A DNA stretch of 64,000 nucleotides from an uncultured Bacilli bacterium (GCA_947626055.1 CANQQP010000001.1:75314-139313), one strand, 5' to 3'; positions 40,111 through 48,638 are shown, numbered from the stretch's first letter. Notes: generated by a model not told the origin, from the sequence alone. Program-made: numbers and translations.

Positions 40111-41094
40111 TTATTGTTTAGCAATTAAAAATTCAATTAATATTTCCGGATTTTCCTTATTAAAAATAATATCATAGATTAAGTTAATTATTTCTAAATC
40201 AATATCTTCATCATTAATCAATTTATATATTGATTTTAAAGTATAGTAACCTTCAACTGTATTATCAACTAAATATCTTTCGACATCCTTAGATGTAGCT
40301 TTACTACCTAATAAAATTCCAAAACTAAAGTTTCGACTTTTAGTACTAGTACAAGTTAATAATAAATCCCCAATACCGGCATAGCTTAAAATAGTATTTT
40401 TGTCGCCACCTAGTTCTTTAATAAGGGATTTTATATCATGTAAAGATTCAGTTATAAGAAAAGCTTGCGTAGTTTCGCCATAGCCTAAACCATCAATAAT
40501 TCCCGCCGCTATGGCAATAACATTTTTGATACTGCCACATATTTCTAAGCCTATTATATCTTCTGTTGTTCGAATTTTTAAATTATCAGTTGCTAAAGCC
40601 TTTTTAATCATTTCAAGGGCTTTTTTACTATGACTAGCAAGACTTAAAGCGGCGGGTTCACCTTTAGCTAAATCCATAGCAAAAGTAGGGCCAGAAATAA
40701 CGGCCAAGTTTTTAGTTTTAATTTCTTTTAATACCACTTTATCAATAAATTTGCAGGAATCTTGTTCAATCCCTTTGGTTCCAATACAAATAATAGTATC
40801 CTCATTTATATAGTTTTTTATTTGGGCAGAAATATTGCCAACGTACTGAGCAGCAACGATGATAAAAACTATTTCTTTATCTTTTACAGTTTCCCTTAAA
40901 TCCGTCGTAAATTTAAGAGTTTTAGGTATAGGTACATCTGGCAAGATTGAGTCAATTTGGCCTTTTTTATTTATAGTATTTATTTTATCATCAGATTCTG
41001 ACCATATAGTTATATCATTATTATTTTTGTTTAGCATTATACTAATAGCTAAGCTATAAGCTCCTAAACCAATAACACCAATTTTCATTTTCAT
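40111..41094 (-). CDS. gpsA: NAD(P)H-dependent glycerol-3-phosphate dehydrogenase
   Basis: KIGVIGLGAYS Rossmann N-terminus, GSIKNVIAIAAGI, GDLLLTCTSTKSRNFSFG. Confidence 0.88.
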   Translation of the reverse strand: MKMKIGVIGLGAYSLAISIMLNKNNNDITIWSESDDKINTINKKGQIDSILPDVPIPKTLKFTTDLRETVKDKEIVFIIVAAQYVGNISAQIKNYINEDTIICIGTKGIEQDSCKFIDKVVLKEIKTKNLAVISGPTFAMDLAKGEPAALSLASHSKKALEMIKKALATDNLKIRTTEDIIGLEICGSIKNVIAIAAGIIDGLGYGETTQAFLITESLHDIKSLIKELGGDKNTILSYAGIGDLLLTCTSTKSRNFSFGILLGSKATSKDVERYLVDNTVEGYYTLKSIYKLINDEDIDLEIINLIYDIIFNKENPEILIEFLIAKQ

Positions 41095-42290
41095 TCCTCA
41101 TTTCTTATTTCTTCATTGTATTTATTTGCCGCATTTTCATATTTATTATCTTTACCTTGATAATATTTTCGATCTTTAATATTATCAGGTAAGTATTGTT
41201 GACTAACATAATCCTTAGGGTAATTATGCGGATATTTATAAGCAGGATTATGATTTTTTATATGACTAGGTACATTACCTGTATTACCATTATGAATATC
41301 ATTTAAAGCTTCATCAATTGCTATTATAGCACTGTTACTTTTAGGACTTAAAGCTAACTCAATTACGACAGCTGCTAAAGGAATACGTGCTTCTGGTAAA
41401 CCGACAAGCTCTGCAGCAGAAATCGCCGCCATAACTTTCGGACCCATTGCCGGATTAGCTAAACCGATATCTTCATAAGCAATAACACTCATTCGTCGAT
41501 ATATACTATCAAGATCGCCGGCTTCTATGAGTCTCGCTAAATAATGAATCGCTGCATCAGGATCACTCCCACGAATTGATTTTTGGAAAGCCGATAAAAC
41601 TTCGTAATGTCCATCCGCATTTTGATCGTGATAAAAAATAGGCTTAGCATTAATATCTTTTAAAGTATCAACTGTTACTTTATGATCTTTAGAAGAGTAG
41701 TAACTTATTTCTAATAAATTCAAAGCACTTCGAAAATCGCCACTAGCTACATTAGCTATGTGATTTAAAGCTTTATCATCTATTTTAATACCTTCTAAAC
41801 TACTTAAGGATTTCTTTAATCCTTTTAAAATATCATCTTTAGAAAGTTCATGTAACTCAAATATTTGTAAACGACTTCTAATAGCAGGATTTATTCGATT
41901 ATACGGATTTGAAGTAGTAAGGCCAATTAAAGTAATTAACCCATTTTCGATATAGGGTAGCAGTAAATCTTGTTTATCTTTATTAAGACGGTGGATTTCA
42001 TCCATGATAACAATCATACCACCCTCCATTTTCGCTTCTTCAATAACTATATCGAAATCTTGTTTATTATTAATAGTCGCATTTAAAAAGCGATAGGGCA
42101 AATTAAGCTCATTTACAATTGCATAAGCAATACTAGTTTTCCCGATTCCTGGTTTACCATATAAAATACAAGAAAACATTTTTTTACTATCGACTAAATT
42201 TCTTAAAACTTTATTTTTACCAACTAGATGTTCTTGACCAATAACGTCATCTAATTTTTGGGGTCTAAGCATATTTGCTAGAAGTTCCAT
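41091..42290 (-). CDS. rarA: replication-associated recombination protein A (RarA/MgsA)
   Basis: LRPQKLDDVIGQEHL, Walker A YGKPGIGKTS, MDEIHRLNK, C-terminal HYEVLSAFQKSIRGSDPDAA. Confidence 0.93.
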   Translation of the reverse strand: MELLANMLRPQKLDDVIGQEHLVGKNKVLRNLVDSKKMFSCILYGKPGIGKTSIAYAIVNELNLPYRFLNATINNKQDFDIVIEEAKMEGGMIVIMDEIHRLNKDKQDLLLPYIENGLITLIGLTTSNPYNRINPAIRSRLQIFELHELSKDDILKGLKKSLSSLEGIKIDDKALNHIANVASGDFRSALNLLEISYYSSKDHKVTVDTLKDINAKPIFYHDQNADGHYEVLSAFQKSIRGSDPDAAIHYLARLIEAGDLDSIYRRMSVIAYEDIGLANPAMGPKVMAAISAAELVGLPEARIPLAAVVIELALSPKSNSAIIAIDEALNDIHNGNTGNVPSHIKNHNPAYKYPHNYPKDYVSQQYLPDNIKDRKYYQGKDNKYENAANKYNEEIRNEE

Positions 42291-42375
42291 ATAACCACCT
42301 ATCTATATTATAAACTATTATTACTTTAATTAACAGTTTTACTATGCTAAAATGTAAATATAGAAAGTGATTATA

Positions 42376-43248
42376 ATGATTGATAAATATTTAGATTATT
42401 TAAAATATGAAAAAAAACTTAGTACCAACACTTTGAAAAGTTATCAAAATGATTTGCAGATTTTTGCCAATTTTTTTGCTCATAAAAATCTCCAAAAACT
42501 AACTCCAAATGATATCCACCAATTTATCTTTCAAGAAAGTAAAAATAAATCAGTTGCCACCGTAGCTCATAATATAACCGTCATTAATTCTTTTTATACT
42601 TTCTTAAAAGATGAAGATGCAAATCTTATAAATCCCTGTGAAAATATTATTTCTCCCAAAAAAGGGGTAAAATTACCAAATTTTCTAACTGAAGAAGAAG
42701 TTGATTGTCTATTAGATATTTCTTTAAATGATGCTTATTGTTATCGAAATAAGGCCATGTTAGAACTTTTATATGCTACCGGTATTAGGGTAAGTGAATT
42801 AATTAATTTAAAATTTATTAATCTTGATTTAGAAAATGATTTTATAAGAGTAGTAGGGAAAGGCAATAAAGAAAGACTAGTGCCTATTGGTGATGTGGCG
42901 AAAAAGTGGTTAATTAAATACATAAATGAATATCGCCAAGAACTATTAAAAAATAAAAATAGTGATTATCTTTTTATCAATAATCAAGGAAATGTTATTT
43001 CCAGAGTCGGTTTTTTTAAAATTATCAAAAAATTATGTGCCGAAAAAAACATTAATAAAAATGTCAGTCCACATGTTTTAAGACATTCCTTTGCCACCCA
43101 TCTTTTAGCTCATGGAGCCGATTTGCGAGTTATTCAAGAAATGCTTGGTCATAGTGATATTTCTACTACCCAAATATACGCTCATTTAGTAAACGAAAAA
43201 TTAAAAAAAGACTACGAAGAATTTCATCCTCGCAGTCATAAATATTAA
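42376..43248 (+). CDS. xerD: tyrosine recombinase XerD (XerC/D family)
   Basis: YLKYEKKLSTNTLKSYQNDL N-terminal domain; catalytic RHSFATHLL, LGHSDISTTQIYAH. Confidence 0.88.
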   Translation: MIDKYLDYLKYEKKLSTNTLKSYQNDLQIFANFFAHKNLQKLTPNDIHQFIFQESKNKSVATVAHNITVINSFYTFLKDEDANLINPCENIISPKKGVKLPNFLTEEEVDCLLDISLNDAYCYRNKAMLELLYATGIRVSELINLKFINLDLENDFIRVVGKGNKERLVPIGDVAKKWLIKYINEYRQELLKNKNSDYLFINNQGNVISRVGFFKIIKKLCAEKNINKNVSPHVLRHSFATHLLAHGADLRVIQEMLGHSDISTTQIYAHLVNEKLKKDYEEFHPRSHKY

Positions 43249-43273
43249 AGGAAATTTTAAATCATTTCCTTTT
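43249..43273. terminator. bidirectional hairpin between xerD and the small minus-strand ORF
   Basis: 7-bp stem aggaaat/atttcct, 8-nt loop, T-run on the + strand. Confidence 0.6.
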
Positions 43274-43426
43274 CTAACGAGCGTTGTTTCTAGCTGAGTT
43301 AGAATTTTTTGCGCTGTTGCTATTGCTATTATTTCTAGAGCTATTATTATTTCTAGAACTATTGCAATTACTATTATTTTTAGAATTATTATTTCTTGCG
43401 CTGTTATTATTTCTTGTATTACTCAT
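43274..43426 (-). CDS. 50-aa Asn/Ser/Arg-rich basic peptide (absent from the ORF track)
   Basis: Hand translation: MSNTRNNNSARNNNSKNNSNCNSSRNNNSSRNNSNSNSAKNSNSARNNAR. RBS GGGAGG lies 7 nt upstream of the ATG, with a possible TTGAAT -35 and TAATAAT-type -10 upstream. The hairpin follows the stop. Confidence 0.55.
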   Translation of the reverse strand: MSNTRNNNSARNNNSKNNSNCNSSRNNNSSRNNSNSNSAKNSNSARNNAR

Positions 43427-43590
43427 ATAAACTACCTCCCACTATTATTATGGATTAAAAAAGAACGGTTATTCAAAAACTTAATGGTAATACTTCCCAT
43501 TTTTAATGGTAAAAATTATCTTCTACTTAAATTATAATTGTTTCTCATTGATTTTTATGTTAGTATATACCACAAAAAGGGTGGGTTAAT

Positions 43591-44694
43591 ATGACTAAGC
43601 AAGGTGGACAAATAGAATTGTTTTCGGATCGAAATTTACAAAGTTGGGATAAAAATATTTTAAAAACACCTAAAGAAAGATATATTTATGCTTTGATAAG
43701 AACATTAAAATTAGTCTATTCTTTACCATTTAAAAATGCTTTATTAGCTATTGGTGAAGTTAATAATATTTTGGAAGTAATAATCATCTTTAATGAAGAT
43801 GGTATTTTAAAAGTAGCTGACTATAAACGTAACTTAATTATGCCTAAAAATGATTATTACAAGTTGTATCATTTTCATGAATTAAACGTTTTAAATAAAT
43901 TCGAAATATATGCTTTAGCCAATTTTATTAAAGATACTGACAGTGCTAAATATATGTATGATTATCTCATTTTTAGTAAGGAGATATTACAAGAATTAAG
44001 TAAGAAAAATTATTATGAATATTTAAGTCAAAAATATGATGAGAATGGTCTTAATTTACGTAATTATACATGGTTAGGAAATAATTGTGATGGTATATTT
44101 TTTAATAAAAGTGATTATTCACATAAAAAATATATAGAAATAATGGAAGAGATAGCTAATTTCACTAAAAATCCAGACAAAGAAAGCGAATATATAAAGA
44201 AAATTCCCAAAAGTGCTGGTTACTTATTTTCTCACCCCGATTTTGAAGAATTTAAATTTTATTTAATTTCTAATATGTTTAAGGATAATAATATTAAAAA
44301 AGAATTATTATCCAATAAACGCTATCATCATTGTCACGTTAATGCTTATGATTTTGCTAGACTATACGAAAAAAATACTCATAAGGATGTTTATATCGTT
44401 GGCGGTCAGATTAAAGCAAATGAAATTGATTATTTTTATCATTCGTGGATAGAAGTAGAATTTGCCAAAAATAATTTAGTAATGGATTGGAATGAAAATC
44501 TCATAATACCAAAGGAAGTATATTATCAAATTTTTGAAGCGCGAGCTATTAGTAAAACTAATGTTATTGAGATGGAAGAAATTATTAACCTTACTAATAA
44601 AGCAGGCCTGAATTTTAATCAAATGGATTTAAATTATTTTGGTCAAGAGATAAAAAAAGATTTATTAAAACATAATACTTTAATCAAAAAATAA
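43591..44694 (+). CDS. transglutaminase-like / papain-like cysteine-peptidase-fold protein with a degenerate N-terminal duplicate
   Basis: C-terminal HHCHVNAYDFARLY ... YFYHSWIEVEF ... LVMDWNENLIIPKEVYYQIF fits a Cys-His-Asp core. The N-terminal ILEVIIIFNEDGILKVADYKRNLIMPKNDYYKLY repeats the second half of that pattern without the catalytic residues. Confidence 0.45.
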   Translation: MTKQGGQIELFSDRNLQSWDKNILKTPKERYIYALIRTLKLVYSLPFKNALLAIGEVNNILEVIIIFNEDGILKVADYKRNLIMPKNDYYKLYHFHELNVLNKFEIYALANFIKDTDSAKYMYDYLIFSKEILQELSKKNYYEYLSQKYDENGLNLRNYTWLGNNCDGIFFNKSDYSHKKYIEIMEEIANFTKNPDKESEYIKKIPKSAGYLFSHPDFEEFKFYLISNMFKDNNIKKELLSNKRYHHCHVNAYDFARLYEKNTHKDVYIVGGQIKANEIDYFYHSWIEVEFAKNNLVMDWNENLIIPKEVYYQIFEARAISKTNVIEMEEIINLTNKAGLNFNQMDLNYFGQEIKKDLLKHNTLIKK

Positions 44695-44786
44695 AAAATG
44701 CAACCAATTTTCTACAAAAAACAACCTAAAGATGGTGTTGTGCTACCAGTAGAAAATTATAAAATAGAAATGGAAAGGAGGAAATA

Positions 44787-46166
44787 ATGAATAATAAATT
44801 TGCGGAAAATTTAAAAAAGGTAAGAAAAGAAAATCATTTATCTCAAGAACAACTTGCTGATGAGCTTGGTGTTTCTAGACAAGCTATTTCTAAATGGGAA
44901 TCTTCTCTAGCTTATCCGGAAATGGACAAAATAATTGCATTATGCGACAAATTTGACTTAAATATCGATGATTTATTACATAAAGACATTCGCGAAGTAA
45001 AAGGGGAGGAAGAAAGAAAAAAGACATTAAATAAAACAATAGATGGTTTTTTAAATTTTATTACGGATACTATAAATTTATTTAGTAATATGAGTTTTAA
45101 AAGCAAAATTAAATGTTTAGTAGAGCAAGGGATTATTATAGCAATTTTATTTGTAATAGCTAATATAATAATTTATTTAGGAAATTCTTTAATATCTAAT
45201 TTTTGGGGATTTTTACCTACAAGCTTCAGATACTTAATCAATAACTTTTTAGAAACAATTTTAATTATATTCTGTATAATTTCGGCAATTATTATTTTAG
45301 CTCATGTTTTTAAAACTCGCTATTTAGATTATTACAATAAATTAAAAAAAGATCTAAAAAATAAAGAAGAAATAGAAAAAATTGAAAATAATACTAAACC
45401 AAATAAAACATTATTTAAGGAAAAAGAAAATCAAATAATCATTAGAGATCCAAAACATAGTGAATACAATTTTATTAATAGTTTATTTAAATTTATAGTC
45501 GGTATAATTAAATTTTTGGCATTATGGTTAGCTTTGTTTATCTGTTTTATCTTAGTATTATTATTTATTGGTTTCATTGTAACATTTTTAGTTTATAAAA
45601 CTGGTTTATTTTTTATCGGTTTTCTACTTGCCATTGCTTCTTTAATTACCATAACAACTATCTTTTTATTAATTATTTTAAACTTTATATTTAATCGCAA
45701 AAGTGCCAAAAAGAAAATGATATGGACTTTCATCTTAGCTTTGGCTACATTAGGATGTGCTATTGGTTTAATAATAATTGGTAGTTTAAAATTTGAAGTT
45801 TTAGAAAATAATACCTCTATACTAAAAACGGAGGAAGTAGAGTTGGTTATGCAGGATTATACTTTTATTGATACTTTTGGAAAAGATATTAATTATGTAG
45901 AGGCTGATAATGAAAACATAAAATTAGAAGCCAAATTAAATAAATATTGCGATTTAAAATACCAAATTCAAAGCAATCCGCATGGAATTTTAATATGGTC
46001 AGACTGTACTAAACCTATGAAAATAATCAAACAATTTATTAATAATTTAAATAATAAAAAAATTATTTCTTTAAATAACGATATTCAAGACATTACTATT
46101 TATGCTTCCAAAGAAAATATAGCCAAGATAAAAAATAATGAAGAAAATTATTTTAACAAATATTAA
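44787..46166 (+). CDS. membrane-tethered XRE-family transcription regulator (BcrR-like one-component architecture)
   Basis: HTH_3 N-terminus LKKVRKENHLSQEQLADELGVSRQAISKWE, then about 5-6 TM helices and a 130-aa extracytoplasmic C-terminal domain. Confidence 0.75.
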   Translation: MNNKFAENLKKVRKENHLSQEQLADELGVSRQAISKWESSLAYPEMDKIIALCDKFDLNIDDLLHKDIREVKGEEERKKTLNKTIDGFLNFITDTINLFSNMSFKSKIKCLVEQGIIIAILFVIANIIIYLGNSLISNFWGFLPTSFRYLINNFLETILIIFCIISAIIILAHVFKTRYLDYYNKLKKDLKNKEEIEKIENNTKPNKTLFKEKENQIIIRDPKHSEYNFINSLFKFIVGIIKFLALWLALFICFILVLLFIGFIVTFLVYKTGLFFIGFLLAIASLITITTIFLLIILNFIFNRKSAKKKMIWTFILALATLGCAIGLIIIGSLKFEVLENNTSILKTEEVELVMQDYTFIDTFGKDINYVEADNENIKLEAKLNKYCDLKYQIQSNPHGILIWSDCTKPMKIIKQFINNLNNKKIISLNNDIQDITIYASKENIAKIKNNEENYFNKY

Positions 46167-46192
46167 ATAATGACTCCAAATGTTCATCTTTA

Positions 46193-46221
46193 TTGACGCC
46201 AATAAGCCAATTAGCTATAAT
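46193..46221 (+). promoter_or_regulatory. near-consensus sigma-A promoter upstream of zupT
   Basis: TTGACG (46193-46198), 17-nt spacer, TATAAT (46216-46221). Confidence 0.7.
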
Positions 46222-46266
46222 GGAACCTGAGTAGAAACAAAATAAAATTAATAGCATTTTGAATTT

Positions 46267-46301
46267 AAAACTAATATTTTTAATAAAATGTTAGTTTTTT
46301 T
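46267..46301 (+). terminator. 14-bp A/U-rich hairpin plus T-run between the promoter and the zupT RBS
   Basis: aaaacuaauauuuu / aaaauguuaguuuu with one G-U pair and a 4-nt loop, followed by ttt. The RBS ggggagagg and the ATG at 46332 follow within 30 nt. Confidence 0.7.
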
Positions 46302-46331
46302 CATATGAATTAGAAAAGGGGAGAGGAGTTT

Positions 46332-47081
46332 ATGAAAATATTAATACCTCTACTAATTTCATCTATTGCGGGTCTATCTACCGTTTTAGGTGCTTTAGTT
46401 ATATTTTTTAAAATAAAAAAGCAAAATATTAGTAAATTTATAACATTTTGTTTATCTTTTTCATTAAGCGTAATGATATGTATTTCTATCACTGATTTAA
46501 TCCCTAATTCTACGTTGATTTTATATTCTAAGTATAATTTATTTAAATGTATTATAATTTGTCTTATATCATTTTTAATTGGCGTTATTTCCATAAATCT
46601 AATTAATAAAAAAATAAAAAAATATAATAATTCTAACAATTTATATAAAGTTGGTATTTTAAGCATGTTGGCTTTAATGCTTCATAATTTACCAGAAGGA
46701 GTTGCCACTTTTATGAGTGCTTATAAAGATGTTAGTTTAGGAATATCTTTAGGTATAGCTATAATGCTTCATAATATTCCAGAAGGTATATCTATTGCAG
46801 TACCGATTTATTATGCTACAGGCAGTTACTGGCAAGCTATTAAAAAAACTTTAATATCTGGTTTGGCAGAACCTTTAGGAGCAGTACTAGCTTATATCTT
46901 TTTATCCAAATTTATAACTAATAGTTTAATTAGTATTATATTAATTTTTGTAGCAGGTATAATGATAACATTATCAATTAATGAACTATTACCAGAAGCT
47001 TTAAAATATAAAAAGGATAGGTATATTGTATGGGGGTTGTTGTGTGGTATTATTATTGTCTTACTTACACATATTGTTTAA
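46332..47081 (+). CDS. zupT: ZIP-family zinc/metal transporter ZupT
   Basis: LHNLPEGVATF and HNIPEGISIAVP motifs; 8 TM layout. Confidence 0.88.
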   Translation: MKILIPLLISSIAGLSTVLGALVIFFKIKKQNISKFITFCLSFSLSVMICISITDLIPNSTLILYSKYNLFKCIIICLISFLIGVISINLINKKIKKYNNSNNLYKVGILSMLALMLHNLPEGVATFMSAYKDVSLGISLGIAIMLHNIPEGISIAVPIYYATGSYWQAIKKTLISGLAEPLGAVLAYIFLSKFITNSLISIILIFVAGIMITLSINELLPEALKYKKDRYIVWGLLCGIIIVLLTHIV

Positions 47082-47103
47082 ACTTCAATTAGTTTTTAAT
47101 GCT

Positions 47104-47131
47104 GGTTAACATAATATATATTATAGGAAGT
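47104..47131 (-). other. dif: chromosome dimer resolution site dif (XerC/XerD target)
   Basis: The minus strand reads ACTTCCTATAA TATATA TTATGTTAACC. That is 25/28 identical to B. subtilis dif as I recall it (ACTTCCTAGAA TATATA TTATGTAAACT). It lies in a convergent intergenic gap at the gene-strand switch. Confidence 0.8.
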
Positions 47132-47168
47132 TATATATTTTAAAAAAATTTAATAATATAAGCTATTA

Positions 47169-47954
47169 TTAAACCTTTCTAGATTGAATTTCTGCTATCT
47201 TTTCGAATACTTCGGCAGCATTTGATTCGTTTATTTCTGAATAATTTAATTCTTTTAATGCTTGAACTTTTATCGTATTTAGTTGTTGAGTTCTACTTAA
47301 TGTTTCTTCTTTTTTATGTTCTATTTCTTGAACAAACCTCTTATGAGTCTCCATTATTCTACTACGAGAGGCTCCCCCATTATTATATAGGGTTAGGGCA
47401 GAGTACAAAATTCCTTCAAATATAAATTGTTTATCTTCATTAAATTTGTAATCTTCGGGATCCGTAAATCCAGTAGTTTTAGACATATAACCGAAAATAT
47501 ATTTAATTTCAGGAACATTATCAATTGATTGAAGCATATGATATAAATACAAAATAGCATAATAATTTTGTTCATGCTCCCCTTCATCTTCACTATCAGT
47601 CAATTTTTCTTTAAGTAGGTAGGCAATGTCTGATAAAAGAGTTTGCTCTTCTTTTTTTAATCCTTTTAAATCAAAGAAAGCATCAAATTCTCCCCCACTT
47701 TTTAAACCTTTATTTAAACGCCCTTCAACCGTCATTAAATAATCGGTATTAACTTTTATATTAGCAATAGTATCTTCATCACCATCTTCGATATCTAATA
47801 ATTTAAATAATAATAACTTTTTTTCTTTTGGCCATTTATTTATACTATCTAATTCTAGATAATTATAAACCATTTGACGAGAGACTCCCAAATATTTAGC
47901 CAATCTTACTTTAGAAATACCTAATTCTTGTAACAAATCTTTTAATGAATTCAT
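47169..47954 (-). CDS. HTH-domain protein (putative transcription regulator), 261 aa
   Basis: N-terminal LLQELGISKVRLAKYLGVSRQMVYNYLE helix-turn-helix; the rest is unrecognised. Confidence 0.6.
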   Translation of the reverse strand: MNSLKDLLQELGISKVRLAKYLGVSRQMVYNYLELDSINKWPKEKKLLLFKLLDIEDGDEDTIANIKVNTDYLMTVEGRLNKGLKSGGEFDAFFDLKGLKKEEQTLLSDIAYLLKEKLTDSEDEGEHEQNYYAILYLYHMLQSIDNVPEIKYIFGYMSKTTGFTDPEDYKFNEDKQFIFEGILYSALTLYNNGGASRSRIMETHKRFVQEIEHKKEETLSRTQQLNTIKVQALKELNYSEINESNAAEVFEKIAEIQSRKV

Positions 47955-47996
47955 TTTATTAAACTTCCCTTCTCTATTATATATATTTACAATTTA

Positions 47997-48024
47997 ATTA
48001 TATCACTTAACAAAAAAGTGTCAA
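47997..48024 (-). promoter_or_regulatory. sigma-A promoter of the HTH gene
   Basis: On the minus strand: TTGACA, 16-nt spacer, TATAAT. Confidence 0.65.
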
Positions 48025-48030
48025 TTAAAA

Positions 48031-48063
48031 AGTAAAAAACATAGCCTTAATTAGTGCTATGTT
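48031..48063 (-). terminator. intrinsic terminator overlapping the stop of the 188-aa gene
   Basis: 8-bp stem aacatagc/gctatgtt followed by a U-run on the minus strand. Confidence 0.65.
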
Positions 48064-48613
48064 TAAAATTATTAGGTGTTTTTAAGCGCTGATATTCATT
48101 TTTTTGTTGATTTACGGCAACATTATGTTCTTCTATCAGTTTTAAAACTTCATCTTTTAAATCTGGATTAACTTTAAAAATTTCCCCATTATTAAAATCA
48201 ATTTCAATTTTTGGTCTAGTATTAACACTATTTTCCGCCTCTTTTACAGAAGTCAGTTTATATATATTTGGCTCTAAGGTAGTCATTTCTTCTTTTGGAT
48301 AAAAAACATCAATTAAATAAGCCAATGTACTTGCAACTAAAGCATTAAAGGCTGCGGCATGATTTATGTTAGACTCTGCACCATAATGCAATATTTTAAA
48401 ATCTTCACTTTGAATTTTGTAAGATATTTTGTAATTATTATCATCAACATCAATATCTAAAACAAAAGTTTCTCCATTATCAGCATTGATCCTGTATGCT
48501 AATCCTTGCGAAAGGGAATACTTTAGAGCTTTTTGCCACAAATCTCCCGCTTCATAATCTTGAAGTTCAGAACGCTCCTGCATATTATAATTTACTTCTT
48601 CTTTGGTTTTCAT
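48047..48613 (-). CDS. hypothetical protein, 188 aa
   Basis: ORF 25 nt downstream of the 322-aa gene, RBS aaaggaggag; no motif recognised. Confidence 0.6.
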   Translation of the reverse strand: MKTKEEVNYNMQERSELQDYEAGDLWQKALKYSLSQGLAYRINADNGETFVLDIDVDDNNYKISYKIQSEDFKILHYGAESNINHAAAFNALVASTLAYLIDVFYPKEEMTTLEPNIYKLTSVKEAENSVNTRPKIEIDFNNGEIFKVNPDLKDEVLKLIEEHNVAVNQQKNEYQRLKTPNNFKHSTN

Positions 48614-48638
48614 ATATAACTCCTCCTTTGATTTTATA

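Noticed and set aside
44698-44787. A 29-aa ORF (MQPIFYKKQPKDGVVLPVENYKIEMERRK) fills the gap between the transglutaminase-like gene and the XRE gene and ends in a TAATG overlap with the XRE start codon.
   Set aside because: There is no RBS in front of its ATG. Its 3' end is simply the Shine-Dalgarno region (ggaaaggagg) of the XRE gene read in another frame. An open 30-codon frame is not rare enough on its own.
47967-47974. GAGAAGGG (the SpoIIIE/FtsK-orienting SRS octamer) occurs on the minus strand and points toward dif, as expected for a polar motif.
   Set aside because: A single occurrence carries no statistical weight, and it coincides with the Shine-Dalgarno sequence of the 261-aa HTH gene. 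Genome-wide strand bias would be needed.
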